Source: Squalus acanthias
Taxonomy: Eukaryota
DNA length: 64,000 nt
Direction of reading: 5' to 3'
Assembly: GCA_030390025.1 (NCBI GenBank)
Contig: CM059432.1
Location: 37,388,001 to 37,452,000 of the forward strand
This document shows, in pieces, positions 37,965 to 51,141 of the stretch (within the stretch, counting starts at the first letter, position 1; the number at the start of each line of letters is the position of its first letter). Position numbers and translations under genes: made by a program. The notes beneath the pieces are model-generated. The model was not told the origin of the DNA and ran no database searches. It saw only the letters and a list, made by a program, of their open reading frames with translations.

Positions 37965-38057
37965 TCCTTCGAGCCGGAATTGAACCAGCGACCTAAGGAT
38001 GACTTTGACTTGGCATTCCACTACAGTCCTCCGCTCTACCAGCTGAGCTATCGAAGG
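37965..38057 (-). tRNA. tRNA-Tyr(GTA), intron
   Basis: Array copy. Confidence 0.96.
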
Positions 38058-38601
38058 GAAGCGGCAAACGTGCCTCTGTTTGCCGATTGTTTGCCGTGCG
38101 CATTTTGACACTTCTGGCCTGGCGGAGTCACGTGCGCGTCATCGGTACCTGCTGGTGCCGCAGCGTTGTGGGACTGTGAGCTGCCAGCTACTCTCCACAG
38201 CCTGGATAACGCTTCTGACGACGAATCAGAAGATTGTAGCTTTGACTCCTATCTGGCTGGGAGTTTTTTTGCAAACAGCGCGTTATAAATTTAAACACCT
38301 TGCAAGATGCCCTACATGGTAGTGCTGCCTGGCCGCTTGCATGGCAAGTGCCTTCTCAGCGCAGCAGGCAGCGCGTCAGTCTCCTAATCCGAAGATCCTG
38401 AGTTGAATCTTCAGAGAAGGCGTCAGTGCTGGAAAAGTTGTTTCTTTGGCTTCTCTCACCTTTGCTGGATGTGAAAATCAAGAAATCTTGCTGACGACAT
38501 GGCAGAAAAAGATTTGCTGTCTTTTGGCGCGTCTGACAGGGGTTCAGTGACACTTGAGAGCCCGTTTCTTTCGGAAGAAATGCTCTAAGCCAAAAGGGCA
38601 G

Positions 38602-38674
38602 TGGAGAATGCGGGCATCGATCCCGCTACCTCTCACATGCTAAGCGAGCGCTCAACCATTTGAGCTAATTCCCC
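38602..38674 (-). tRNA. tRNA-Ala(AGC), A21T variant
   Basis: A at 38654. Confidence 0.85.
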
Positions 38675-39217
38675 GGTCGCTTCTTGTGAGATACCTTAGT
38701 TTGCTTCTCAGTAGCCTCTTCGCACTCGCCTCCAAGCTGCGCCACGACCGGCAGAGAAATCCTGCTTGAGGATTGGCCCACTCCTTGACTTCATTGAATA
38801 CTTTGCTCCAATCGGCGTTGCCGAGCAGCAGCAGGACGCGAAGCCACGGCAGCGATGAAAGAAGCCGAGAAGAGCCCGAGACTGCGGCAGGGAAGCGAGG
38901 TGACGGGAAAGTGGCGGCCGTCCCGAGCGTGAGGGAGCAGGCCAGAGCGCTGTCTGACTGATGGACGATTTCTTTTGCCTGAAAGTGAGTGCTGAGTGTT
39001 TAGAAGTGTTGCTGCTCAATGGCACTCCCTGCTGGTGAGCAGACACAAATGCTCAAGCAAAACAGCTGTGTGCTGGTGGACGCAGAGAGCATTAAAGTTT
39101 GAGACAAGAAAAAGAGGTGTCCTGTGCCTTAGTGGCAACATGATGCACTACAAAGTGAAGAGAGGAGCTTTGGGCGAAATGCTGCTTACCAGCCGCTTAC
39201 TCCAAAAGCACGCCAGC

Positions 39218-39310
39218 TCCTTCGAGCCGGAATTGAACCAGCGACCTAAGGATGACTTTGACTTGGCATTCCACTACAGTCCTCCGCTCTACCAGCTGAG
39301 CTATCGAAGG
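39218..39310 (-). tRNA. tRNA-Tyr(GTA), intron
   Basis: Array copy. Confidence 0.96.
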
Positions 39311-39854
39311 GAAGCGGCAAACGGGCCTCTGTTTGCCGATTGTTTGCCGTGCGCATTTTGACACTTCTGGCCTGGCGGAGTCACGTGCGCGTCATCGGTA
39401 CCTGCTGGTGCCGCAGCGTTGTGGGACTGTGAGCTGCCAGCTACTCTCCACAGCCTGGATAACGCTTCTGACGACGAATCAGAAGATTGTAGCTTTGACT
39501 CCTATCTGGCTGGGAGTTTTTTTGCAAACAGCGCGTTATAAATTTAAACACCTTGCAAGATGCCCTACATGGTAGTGCTGCCTGGCCGCTTGCATGGCAA
39601 GTGCCTTCTCAGCGCAGCAGGCAGCGCGTCAGTCTCCTAATCCGAAGATCCTGAGTTGAATCTTCAGAGAAGGCGTCAGTGCTGGAAAAGTTGTTTCTTT
39701 GGTTTCTCTCACCTTTGCTGGATGTGAAAATCAAGAAATCTTGCTGACGACATGGCAGAAAAAGATTTGCTGTCCTTTGGCGCGTCTGACAGGAGTTCAG
39801 TGACACGTGAGAGCCCGTTTCTTTCGGAAGAAATGCTCTAAGCCAAAAGGGCAG

Positions 39855-39927
39855 TGGAGAATGCGGGCATCGATCCCGCTACCTCTCACATGCTAAGCGA
39901 GCTCTCTACCATTTGAGCTAATTCCCC
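39855..39927 (-). tRNA. tRNA-Ala(AGC), C25A variant
   Basis: T at 39903 breaks G10-C25. Confidence 0.85.
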
Positions 39928-40470
39928 GGTCGCTTCTTGCAAGATACCTTAGTTTGCTTCTCAGTAGCCTCTTCGCACTCGCCTCCAAGCTGCTCCACGA
40001 CCGGCAGAGAAATCCTGCTTGAGGATTGGCCCACTCCTTGACTTCATTGAATACTTTGCTCCAATCGGCGTTGCCGAGCAGCAGCAGGACGCGAAGCCAC
40101 GGCAGCGATGAAAGAAGCCGAGAAGAGCCCGAGACTGCGGCAGGGAAGCGAGGTGACGGGAAAGTGGCGGCCGTCCCGAGCGTGAGGGAGCAGGCCAGAG
40201 CGCTGTCTGACTGATGGACGATTTCTTTTGCCTGAAAGTGAGTGCTGAGTGTTTAGAAGTGTTGCTGCTCAATGGCACTCCCTGCTGGTGAGCAGACACA
40301 AATGCTCAAGCAAAACAGCTGTGTGCTGGTGGACGCAGAGAGCATTAAAGTTTGAGACAAGAAAAAGAGGTGTCCTGTGCCTTAGTGGCAACATGATGCA
40401 CTACAAAGTGAAGAGAGGAGCTTTGGGCGAAATGCTGCTTACCAGCCGCTTACTCCAAAAGCACGCCAGC

Positions 40471-40563
40471 TCCTTCGAGCCGGAATTGAACCAGCGACCT
40501 AAGGATGACTTTGACTTGGCATTCCACTACAGTCCTCCGCTCTACCAGCTGAGCTATCGAAGG
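40471..40563 (-). tRNA. tRNA-Tyr(GTA), intron
   Basis: Array copy. Confidence 0.96.
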
Positions 40564-41107
40564 GAAGCGGCAAAAGGGCTTCTGTTTGCCGATTGTTTGC
40601 CGTGCGCATTTTGACACTTCTGGCCTGGCGGAGTCACGTGCGCGTCATCGGTACCTGCTGGTGCCGCAGCGTTGTGGGACTGTGAGCTGCCAGCTACTCT
40701 CCACAGCCTGGATAACGCTTCTGACGACGAATCAGAAGATTGTAGCTTTGACTCCTATCTGGCTGGGAGTTTTATTGCAAACAGCGCGTTATAAATTTAA
40801 ACACCTTGCAAGATGCCCTACATGGTAGTGCTGCCTGGCCGCTTGCATGGCAAGTGCCTTCTCAGCGCAGCAGGCAGCGCGTCAGTCTCCTAATCCGAAG
40901 ATCCTGAGTTGAATCTTCAGAGAAGGCGTCAGTGCTGGAAAAGTTGTTTCTTTGGCTTCTCTCACCTTTGCTGGATGTGAAAATCAAGAAATCTTGCTGA
41001 CGACATGGCAGAAAAAGATTTGCTGTCCTTTGGCGCGTCTGACAGGGGTTCAGTGACACGTGAGAGCCCGTTTCTTTCGGAAGAAATGCTCTAAGCCAAA
41101 AGGGCAG

Positions 41108-41180
41108 TGGAGAATGCGGGCATCGATCCCGCTACCTCTCACATGCTAAGCGAGCGCTCTACCATTTGAGCTAATTCCCC
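41108..41180 (-). tRNA. tRNA-Ala(AGC)
   Basis: Array copy. Confidence 0.96.
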
Positions 41181-41723
41181 GGTCGCTTCTTGTGAGATAC
41201 CTTAGTTTGCTTCTCAGTAGCCTCTTCGCACTCGCCTCCAAGCTGCGCCACGACCGGCAGAGAAATCCTGCTTGAGGATTGGCCCACTCCTTGACTTCAT
41301 TGAATACTTTGCTCCAATCGGCGTTGCCGAGCAGCAGCAGGACGCGAAGCCACGGCAGCGATGAAAGAAGCCGAGAAGAGCCCGAGACTGCGGCAGGGAA
41401 GCGAGGTGACGGGAAAGTGGCGGCCGTCCCGAGCGTGAGGGAGCAGGCCAGAGCGCTGTCTGACTGATGGACGATTTCTTTTGCCTGAAAGTGAGTGCTG
41501 AGTGTTTAGAAGTGTTGCTGCTCAATGGCACTCCCTGCTGGTGAGCAGACACAAATGCTCAAGCAAAACAGCTGTGTGCTGGTGGACGCAGAGAGCATTA
41601 AAGTTTGAGACAAGAAAAAGAGGTGTCCTGTGCCTTAGTGGCAACATGATGCACTACAAAGTGAAGAGAGGAGCTTTGGGCGAAATGCTGCTTACCAGCC
41701 GCTTACTCCAAAAGCACGCCAGC

Positions 41724-41816
41724 TCCTTCGAGCCGGAATTGAACCAGCGACCTAAGGATGACTTTGACTTGGCATTCCACTACAGTCCTCCGCTCTACCA
41801 GCTGAGCTATCGAAGG
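41724..41816 (-). tRNA. tRNA-Tyr(GTA), intron
   Basis: Array copy. Confidence 0.96.
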
Positions 41817-42360
41817 GAAGCGGCAAACGTGCCTCTGTTTGCCGATTGTTTGCCGTGCGCATTTTGACACTTCTGGCCTGGCGGAGTCACGTGCGCGTCA
41901 TCGGTACCTGCTGGTGCCGCAGCGTTGTGGGACTGTGAGCTGCCAGCTACTCTCCACAGCCTGGATAACGCTTCTGACGACGAATCAGAAGATTGTAGCT
42001 TTGACTCCTATCTGGCTGGGAGTTTTTTTGCAAACAGCGCGTTATAAATTTAAACACCTTGCAAGATGCCCTACATGGTAGTGCTGCCTGGCCGCTTGCA
42101 TGGCAAGTGCCTTCTCAGCGCAGCAGGCAGCGCGTCAGTCTCCTAATCCGAAGATCCTGAGTTGAATCTTCAGAGAAGGCGTCAGTGCTGGAAAAGTTGT
42201 TTCTTTGGCTTCTCTCACCTTTGCTGGATGTGAAAATCAAGAAATCTTGCTGACGACATGGCAGAAAAAGATTTGCTGTCCTTTGGCGCGTCTGACAGGG
42301 GTTCAGTGACACGTGAGAGCCCGTTTCTTTCGGAAGAAATGCTCTAAGCCAAAAGGGCAG

Positions 42361-42433
42361 TGGAGAATGCGGGCATCGATCCCGCTACCTCTCACATGCT
42401 AAGCGAGCGCTCTACCATTTGAGCTAATTCCCC
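42361..42433 (-). tRNA. tRNA-Ala(AGC)
   Basis: Array copy. Confidence 0.96.
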
Positions 42434-42976
42434 GGTCGCTTCTTGCGAGATACCTTAGTTTGCTTCTCAGTAGCCTCTTCGCACTCGCCTCCAAGCTGCG
42501 CCACGACCGGCAGAGAAATCCTGCTTGAGGATTGGCCCACTCCTTGACTTCATTGAATACTTTGCTCCAATCGGCGTTGCCGAGCAGCAGCAGGACGCGA
42601 AGCCACGGCAGCGATGAAAGAAGCCGAGAAGAGCCCGAGACTGCGGCAGGGAAGCGAGGTGACGGGAAAGTGGCGGCCGTCCCGAGCGTGAGGGAGCAGG
42701 CCAGAGCGCTGTCTGACTGATGGACGATTTCTTTTGCCTGAAAGTGAGTGCTGAGTGTTTAGAAGTGTTGCTGCTCAATGGCACTCCCTGCTGGTGAGCA
42801 GACACAAATGCTCAAGCAAAACAGCTGTGTGCTGGTGGACGCAGAGAGCATTAAAGTTTGAGACAAGAAAAAGAGGTGTCCTGTGCCTTAGTGGCAACAT
42901 GATGCACTACAAAGTGAAGAGAGGAGCTTTGGGCGAAATGCTGCTTACCAGCCGCTTACTCCAAAAGCACGCCAGC

Positions 42977-43069
42977 TCCTTCGAGCCGGAATTGAACCAG
43001 CGACCTAAGGATGACTTTGACTTGGCATTCCACTACAGTCCTCCGCTCTACCAGCTGAGCTATCGAAGG
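42977..43069 (-). tRNA. tRNA-Tyr(GTA), intron
   Basis: Array copy. Confidence 0.96.
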
Positions 43070-43613
43070 GAAGCGGCAAATGTGCCTCTGTTTGCCGATT
43101 GTTTGCCGTGCGCATTTTGACACTTCTGGCCTGGCGGAGTCACGTGCGCGTCATCGGTTCCTGCTGGTGCCGCAGCGTTGTGGGACTGTGAGCTGCCAGC
43201 TACTCTCCACAGCCTGGATAACGCTTCTGACGACGAATCAGAAGATTGTAGCTTTGACTCCTATCTGGCTGGGAGTTTTTTTGCAAACAGCGCGTTATAA
43301 ATTTAAACACCTTGCAAGATGCCCTACATGGTAGTGCTGCCTGGCCGCTTGCATGGCAAGTGCCTTCTCAGCGCAGCAGGCAGCGCGTCAGTCTCCTAAT
43401 CCGAAGATCCTGAGTTGAATCTTCAGAGAAGGCGTCAGTGCTGGAAAAGTTGTTTCTTTGGCTTCTCTCACCTTTGCTGGATGTGAAAATCAAGAAATCT
43501 TGCTGACGACATGGCAGAAAAAGATTTGCTGTCTTTTGGCGCGTCTGACAGGGGTTCAGTGACACTTGAGAGCCCGTTTCTTTCGGAAGAAATGCTCTAA
43601 GCCAAAAGGGCAG

Positions 43614-43686
43614 TGGAGAATGCGGGCATCTATCCCGCTACCTCTCACATGCTAAGCGAGCGCTCTACCATTTGAGCTAATTCCCC
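43614..43686 (-). tRNA. tRNA-Ala(AGC), C56A variant
   Basis: T at 43631. Confidence 0.8.
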
Positions 43687-44229
43687 GGTCGCTTCTTGCG
43701 AGATACCTTAGTTTGCTTCTCAGTAGCCTCTTCGCACTCGCCTCCAAGCTGCGCCACGACCGGCAGAGAAATCCTGCTTGAGGATTGGCCCACTCCTTGA
43801 CTTCATTGAATACTTTTCTCCAATCGGCGTTGCCGAGCAGCAGCAGGACGCGAAGCCACGGCAGCGATGAAAGAAGCCGAGAAGAGCCCGAGACTGCGGC
43901 AGGGAAGCGAGGTGACGGGAAAGTGGCGGCCGTCCCGAGCGTGAGGGAGCAGGCCAGAGCGCTGTCTGACTGATGGACGATTTCTTTTGCCTGAAAGTGA
44001 GTGCTGAGTGTTTAGAAGTGTTGCTGCTCAATGGCACTCCCTGCTGGTGAGCAGACACAAATGCTCAAGCAAAACAGCTGTGTGCTGGTGGACGCAGAGA
44101 GCATTAAAGTTTGAGACAAGAAAAAGAGGTGTCCTGTGCCTTAGTGGCAACATGATGCACTACAAAGTGAAGAGAGGAGCTTTGGGCGAAATGCTGCTTA
44201 CCAGCCGCTTACTCCAAAAGCACGCCAGC

Positions 44230-44322
44230 TCCTTCGAGCCGGAATTGAACCAGCGACCTAAGGATGACTTTGACTTGGCATTCCACTACAGTCCTCCGCT
44301 CTACCAGCTGAGCTATCGAAGG
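44230..44322 (-). tRNA. tRNA-Tyr(GTA), intron
   Basis: Array copy. Confidence 0.96.
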
Positions 44323-44866
44323 GAAGCGGCAAACGTGCCTCTGTTTGCCGATTGTTTGCCGTGCGCATTTTGACACTTCTGGCCTGGCGGAGTCACGTGC
44401 GCGTCATCGGTACCTGCTGGTGCCGCAGCGTTGTGGGACTGTGAGCTGCCAGCTACTCTCCACAGCCTGGATAACGCTTCTGACGACGAATCAGAAGATT
44501 GTAGCTTTGACTCCTATCTGGCTGGGAGTTTTTTTGCAAACAGCGCGTTATAAATTTAAACACCTTGCAAGATGCCCTACATGGTAGTGCTGCCTGGCCG
44601 CTTGCATGGCAAGTGCCTTCTCAGCGCAGCAGGCAGCGCGTCAGTCTCCTAATCCGAAGATCCTGAGTTGAATCTTCAGAGAAGGCGTCAGTGCTGGAAA
44701 AGTTGTTTCTTTGGCTTCTCTCACCTTTGCTGGATGTGAAAATCAAGAAATCTTGCTGACGACATGGCAGAAAAAGATTTGCTGTCTTTTGGCGCGTCTG
44801 ACAGGGGTTCAGTGACACTTGAGAGCCCGTTTCTTTCGGAAGAAATGCTCTAAGCCAAAAGGGCAG

Positions 44867-44939
44867 TGGAGAATGCGGGCATCGATCCCGCTACCTCTCA
44901 CATGCTAAGCGAGCGCTCAACCATTTGAGCTAATTCCCC
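44867..44939 (-). tRNA. tRNA-Ala(AGC), A21T variant
   Basis: A at 44919. Confidence 0.85.
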
Positions 44940-45482
44940 GGTCGCTTCTTGTGAGATACCTTAGTTTGCTTCTCAGTAGCCTCTTCGCACTCGCCTCCAA
45001 GCTGCGCCACGACCGGCAGAGAAATCCTGCTTGAGGATTGGCCCACTCCTTGACTTCATTGAATACTTTGCTCCAATCGGCGTTGCCGAGCAGCAGCAGG
45101 ACGCGAAGCCACGGCAGCGATGAAAGAAGCCGAGAAGAGCCCGAGACTGCGGCAGGGAAGCGAGGTGACGGGAAAGTGGCGGCCGTCCCGAGCGTGAGGG
45201 AGCAGGCCAGAGCGCTGTCTGACTGATGGACGATTTCTTTTGCCTGAAAGTGAGTGCTGAGTGTTTAGAAGTGTTGCTGCTCAATGGCACTCCCTGCTGG
45301 TGAGCAGACACAAATGCTCAAGCAAAACAGCTGTGTGCTGGTGGACGCAGAGAGCATTAAAGTTTGAGACAAGAAAAAGAGGTGTCCTGTGCCTTAGTGG
45401 CAACATGATGCACTACAAAGTGAAGAGAGGAGCTTTGGGCGAAATGCTGCTTACCAGCCGCTTACTCCAAAAGCACGCCAGC

Positions 45483-45575
45483 TCCTTCGAGCCGGAATTG
45501 AACCAGCGACCTAAGGATGACTTTGACTTGGCATTCCACTACAGTCCTCCGCTCTACCAGCTGAGCTATCGAAGG
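45483..45575 (-). tRNA. tRNA-Tyr(GTA), intron
   Basis: Array copy. Confidence 0.96.
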
Positions 45576-46119
45576 GAAGCGGCAAACGTGCCTCTGTTTG
45601 CCGATTGTTTGCCGTGCGCATTTTGACACTTCTGGCCTGGCGGAGTCACGTGCGCGTCATCGGTACCTGCTGGTGCCGCAGCGTTGTGGGACTGTGAGCT
45701 GCCAGCTACTCTCCACAGCCTGGATAACGCTTCTGACGACGAATCAGAAGATTGTAGCTTTGACTCCTATCTGGCTGGGAGTTTTTTTGCAAACAGCGCG
45801 TTATAAATTTAAACACCTTGCAAGATGCCCTACATGGTAGTGCTGCCTGGCCGCTTGCATGGCAAGTGCCTTCTCAGCGCAGCAGGCAGCGCGTCAGTCT
45901 CCTAATCCGAAGATCCTGAGTTGAATCTTCAGAGAAGGCGTCAGTGCTGGAAAAGTTGTTTCTTTGGTTTCTCTCACCTTTGCTGGATGTGAAAATCAAG
46001 AAATCTTGCTGACGACATGGCAGAAAAAGATTTGCTGTCCTTTGGCGCGTCTGACAGGAGTTCAGTGACACGTGAGAGCCCGTTTCTTTCGGAAGAAATG
46101 CTCTAAGCCAAAAGGGCAG

Positions 46120-46192
46120 TGGAGAATGCGGGCATCGATCCCGCTACCTCTCACATGCTAAGCGAGCTCTCTACCATTTGAGCTAATTCCCC
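46120..46192 (-). tRNA. tRNA-Ala(AGC), C25A variant
   Basis: T at 46168. Confidence 0.85.
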
Positions 46193-46735
46193 GGTCGCTT
46201 CTTGCAAGATACCTTAGTTTGCTTCTCAGTAGCCTCTTCGCACTCGCCTCCAAGCTGCTCCACGACCGGCAGAGAAATCCTGCTTGAGGATTGGCCCACT
46301 CCTTGACTTCATTGAATACTTTGCTCCAATCGGCGTTGCCGAGCAGCAGCAGGACGCGAAGCCACGGCAGCGATGAAAGAAGCCGAGAAGAGCCCGAGAC
46401 TGCGGCAGGGAAGCGAGGTGACGGGAAAGTGGCGGCCGTCCCGAGCGTGAGGGAGCAGGCCAGAGCGCTGTCTGACTGATGGACGATTTCTTTTGCCTGA
46501 AAGTGAGTGCTGAGTGTTTAGAAGTGTTGCTGCTCAATGGCACTCCCTGCTGGTGAGCAGACACAAATGCTCAAGCAAAACAGCTGTGTGCTGGTGGACA
46601 CAGAGAGCATTAAAGTTTGAGACAAGAAAAAGAGGTGTCCTGTGCCTTAGTGGCAACATGATGCACTACAAAGTGAAGAGAGGAGCTTTGGGCGAAATGC
46701 TGCTTACCAGCCGCTTACTCCAAAAGCACGCCAGC

Positions 46736-46828
46736 TCCTTCGAGCCGGAATTGAACCAGCGACCTAAGGATGACTTTGACTTGGCATTCCACTACAGTCC
46801 TCCGCTCTACCAGCTGAGCTATCGAAGG
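46736..46828 (-). tRNA. tRNA-Tyr(GTA), intron
   Basis: Array copy. Confidence 0.96.
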
Positions 46829-47372
46829 GAAGCGGCAAAAGGGCTTCTGTTTGCCGATTGTTTGCCGTGCGCATTTTGACACTTCTGGCCTGGCGGAGTC
46901 ACGTGCGCGTCATCGGTACCTGCTGGTGCCGCAGCGTTGTGGGACTGTGAGCTGCCAGCTACTCTCCACAGCCTGGATAACGCTTCTGACGACGAATCAG
47001 AAGATTGTAGCTTTGACTCCTATCTGGCTGGGAGTTTTTTTGCAAACAGCGCGTTATAAATTTAAACACCTTGCAAGATGCCCTACATGGTAGTGCTGCC
47101 TGGCCGCTTGCATGGCAAGTGCCTTCTCAGCGCAGCAGGCAGCGCGTCAGTCTCCTAATCCGAAGATCCTGAGTTGAATCTTCAGAGAAGGCGTCAGTGC
47201 TGGAAAAGTTGTTTCTTTGGCTTCTCTCACCTTTGCTGGATGTGAAAATCAAGAAATCTTGCTGACGACATGGCAGAAAAAGATTTGCTGTCTTTTGGCG
47301 CGTCTGACAGGGGTTCAGTGACACTTGAGAGCCCGTTTCTTTCGGAAGAAATGCTCTAAGCCAAAAGGGCAG

Positions 47373-47445
47373 TGGAGAATGCGGGCATCTATCCCGCTAC
47401 CTCTCACATGCTAAGCGAGCGCTCTACCATTTGAGCTAATTCCCC
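47373..47445 (-). tRNA. tRNA-Ala(AGC), C56A variant
   Basis: T at 47390. Confidence 0.8.
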
Positions 47446-47988
47446 GGTCGCTTCTTGCGAGATACCTTAGTTTGCTTCTCAGTAGCCTCTTCGCACTCGC
47501 CTCCAAGCTGCGCCACGACCGGCAGAGAAATCCTGCTTGAGGATTGGCCCACTCCTTGACTTCATTGAATACTTTTCTCCAATCGGCGTTGCCGAGCAGC
47601 AGCAGGACGCGAAGCCACGGCAGCGATGAAAGAAGCCGAGAAGAGCCCGAGACTGCGGCAGGGAAGCGAGGTGACGGGAAAGTGGCGGCCGTCCCGAGCG
47701 TGAGGGAGCAGGCCAGAGCGCTGTCTGACTGATGGACGATTTCTTTTGCCTGAAAGTGAGTGCTGAGTGTTTAGAAGTGTTGCTGCTCAATGGCACTCCC
47801 TGCTGGTGAGCAGACACAAATGCTCAAGCAAAACAGCTGTGTGCTGGTGGACGCAGAGAGCATTAAAGTTTGAGACAAGAAAAAGAGGTGTCCTGTGCCT
47901 TAGTGGCAACATGATGCACTACAAAGTGAAGAGAGGAGCTTTGGGCGAAATGCTGCTTACCAGCCGCTTACTCCAAAAGCACGCCAGC

Positions 47989-48081
47989 TCCTTCGAGCCG
48001 GAATTGAACCAGCGACCTAAGGATGACTTTGACTTGGCATTCCACTACAGTCCTCCGCTCTACCAGCTGAGCTATCGAAGG
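47989..48081 (-). tRNA. tRNA-Tyr(GTA), intron
   Basis: Array copy. Confidence 0.96.
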
Positions 48082-48625
48082 GAAGCGGCAAAAAGGCTTC
48101 TGTTTGCCGATTGTTTGCCGTGCGCATTTTGACACTTCTGGCCTGGCGGAGTCACGTGCGCGTCATCGGTACCTGCTGGTGCCGCAGCGTTGTGGGACTG
48201 TGAGCTGCCAGCTACTCTCCACAGCCTGGATAACGCTTCTGACGACGAATCAGAAGATTGTAGCTTTGACTCCTATCTGGCTGGGAGTTTTTTTGCAAAC
48301 AGCGCGTTATAAATTTAAACACCTTGCAAGATGCCCTACATGGTAGTGCTGCCTGGCCGCTTGCATGGCAAGTGCCTTCTCAGCGCAGCAGGCAGCGCGT
48401 CAGTCTCCTAATCCGAAGATCCTGAGTTGAATCTTCAGAGAAGGCGTCAGTGCTGGAAAAGTTGTTTCTTTGGCTTCTCTCACCTTTGCTGGATGTGAAA
48501 ATCAAGAAATCTTGCTGACGACATGGCAGAAAAAGATTTGCTGTCTTTTGGCGCGTCTGACAGGGGTTCAGTGACACTTGAGAGCCCGTTTCTTTCGGAA
48601 GAAATGCTCTAAGCCAAAAGGGCAG

Positions 48626-48698
48626 TGGAGAATGCGGGCATCTATCCCGCTACCTCTCACATGCTAAGCGAGCGCTCTACCATTTGAGCTAATTCCCC
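48626..48698 (-). tRNA. tRNA-Ala(AGC), C56A variant
   Basis: T at 48643. Confidence 0.8.
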
Positions 48699-49242
48699 GG
48701 TCGCTTCTTGCGAGATACCTTAGCTTTGCTTCTCAGTAGCCTCTTCGCACTCGCCTCCAAGCTGCGCCACGACCGGCAGAGAAATCCTGCTTGAGGATTG
48801 GCCCACTCCTTGACTTCATTGAATACTTTTCTCCAATCGGCGTTGCCGAGCAGCAGCAGGACGCGAAGCCACGGCAGCGATGAAAGAAGCCGAGAAGAGC
48901 CCGAGACTGCGGCAGGGAAGCGAGGTGACGGGAAAGTGGCGGCCGTCCCGAGCGTGAGGGAGCAGGCCAGAGCGCTGTCTGACTGATGGACGATTTCTTT
49001 TGCCTGAAAGTGAGTGCTGAGTGTTTAGAAGTGTTGCTGCTCAATGGCACTCCCTGCTGGTGAGCAGACACAAATGCTCAAGCAAAACAGCTGTGTGCTG
49101 GTGGACGCAGAGAGCATTAAAGTTTGAGACAAGAAAAAGAGGTGTCCTGTGCCTTAGTGGCAACATGATGCACTACAAAGTGAAGAGAGGAGCTTTGGGC
49201 GAAATGCTGCTTACCAGCCGCTTACTCCAAAAGCACGCCAGC

Positions 49243-49335
49243 TCCTTCGAGCCGGAATTGAACCAGCGACCTAAGGATGACTTTGACTTGGCATTCCACT
49301 ACAGTCCTCCGCTCTACCAGCTGAGCTATCGAAGG
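49243..49335 (-). tRNA. tRNA-Tyr(GTA), intron
   Basis: Array copy. Confidence 0.95.
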
Positions 49336-49880
49336 GAAGCTGCAAATGGGCCTCTGTTTGCCGATTGTTTGCCGTGCGCATTTTGACACTTCTGGCCTGG
49401 CGGAGTCACGTGCGCGTCATCGGTACCTGCTGGTGCCGCAGCGTTGTGGGACTGTGAGCTGCCAGCTACTCTCCACAGCCTGGATAACGCTTCTGACGAC
49501 GAATCAGAAGATTGTAGCTTTGACTCCTATCTGGCTGGGGAGTTTTATTGCAAACAGCGCGTTATAAATTTAAACACCTTGCAAGATGCCCTACATGGTA
49601 GTGCTGCCTGGCCGCTTGCATGGCAAGTGCCTTCTCAGCGCAGCAGGCAGCGCGTCAGTCTCCTAATCCGAAGATCCTGAGTTGAATCTTCAGAGAAGGC
49701 GTCAGTGCTGGAAAAGTTGTTTCTTTGCTTCTCTCACCTTTGCTGATGTGAAAATCAAGAAATCTTGCTGACGACATGGGCAGAAAAAGATTTGCTGTCC
49801 TTTGGCGCGTCTGACAGGGGTTCAGTGACACGTGAGAGCCCGTTTCTTTCGGAAGAAATTGCTCTAAGCCAAAAGGGCAG

Positions 49881-49953
49881 TGGAGAATGCGGGCATCGAT
49901 CCCGCTACCTCTCACATGCTAAGCGAGCGCTCTACCATTTGAGCTAATTCCCC
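49881..49953 (-). tRNA. tRNA-Ala(AGC)
   Basis: Array copy. Confidence 0.95.
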
Positions 49954-50508
49954 GGTCGCTTCTTGTGAGATACCTTAGTTTGCTTCTCAGTAGCCTCTTC
50001 GCACTCGCCTCCAAGCTGCGCCACGACCGGCAGAGAAATCCTGCTTGAGGATTGGCCCACTCCTTGACTTCATTGAATACTTTTTCTCCAATTCGGCGTT
50101 GCCGAGGGCAGCAGCAGGGACGCGAAGCCACGGCAGCGATGAAAGAAGCCGAGAAGAGCCCGAGGACTGCGGCAGGGAAGCGTGGGGTGACGGGGAAAGT
50201 GGCGGCCCGTTCCCCGAGCGTGAGGGGAGCAGGCCAGAGCGCTGTCTGACTGATGGACGATTTCTTTTGCCTGAAAGTGAGTGCTGAGGTGTTTAGAAGT
50301 GTTGCTGCTCAATGGCACTCCTGCTGGTGAGCAGACACAAATGCTCAAGCAAAACAGCTGTGTGCTGGTGGACGCAGAGAGCATTAAAGTTTGAGACAAG
50401 AAAAAGAGGTGCCGAGCCTTAGTGGCAACATGATGCACTACAAGTGAAGAGATGGAGCTTTGGGCGAAATGCTGGCTTACCAGCCGCTTACTCCAAAAGC
50501 ACGCCAGC

Positions 50509-50601
50509 TCCTTCGAGCCGGAATTGAACCAGCGACCTAAGGATGACTTTGACTTGGCATTCCACTACAGTCCTCCGCTCTACCAGCTGAGCTATCGAAG
50601 G
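50509..50601 (-). tRNA. tRNA-Tyr(GTA), intron
   Basis: Array copy. Confidence 0.95.
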
Positions 50602-51141
50602 GAAGCGGCAAACGTGCCTCTGTTTGCCGATTGTTTGCCGTGCGCATTTTGACACTTCTGGCCTGGCGGAGTCACGTGCGCGTCATCGGTACCTGCTGGT
50701 GCCGCAGCGTTGTGGGACTGTGAGCTGCCAGCTACTCTCCACAGCCTGGATAACGCTTCTGACGACGAATCAGAAGATTGTAGCTTTGACTCCTATCTGG
50801 CTGGAGTTTTTTGCAAACAGCGCGTTATAAATTTAACACCTTGCAAGATGCCCTACATGGTAGTGCTGCCTGGCCGCTTGCATGGCAAGTGCCTTCTCAG
50901 CGCAGCAGGCAGCGCGGTCAGTCTCCTAATCCGAAGATCTGAGTTGAATCTTCAGAGAAGGCGTCAGTGCTGGAAAAGTTGTTTCTTTGCTTCTCTCACC
51001 TTTGCTGGATGTGAAAATCAAGAAATCTTGCTGACGACATGGCAGAAAAAGATTTGCTGTCCTTTGGCGCGTCTGACAGGGGTTCAGTGACACGTGAGAG
51101 CCCGTTTCTTTCGGAAGAATGCTTCTAAGCCAAAAGGGCAG

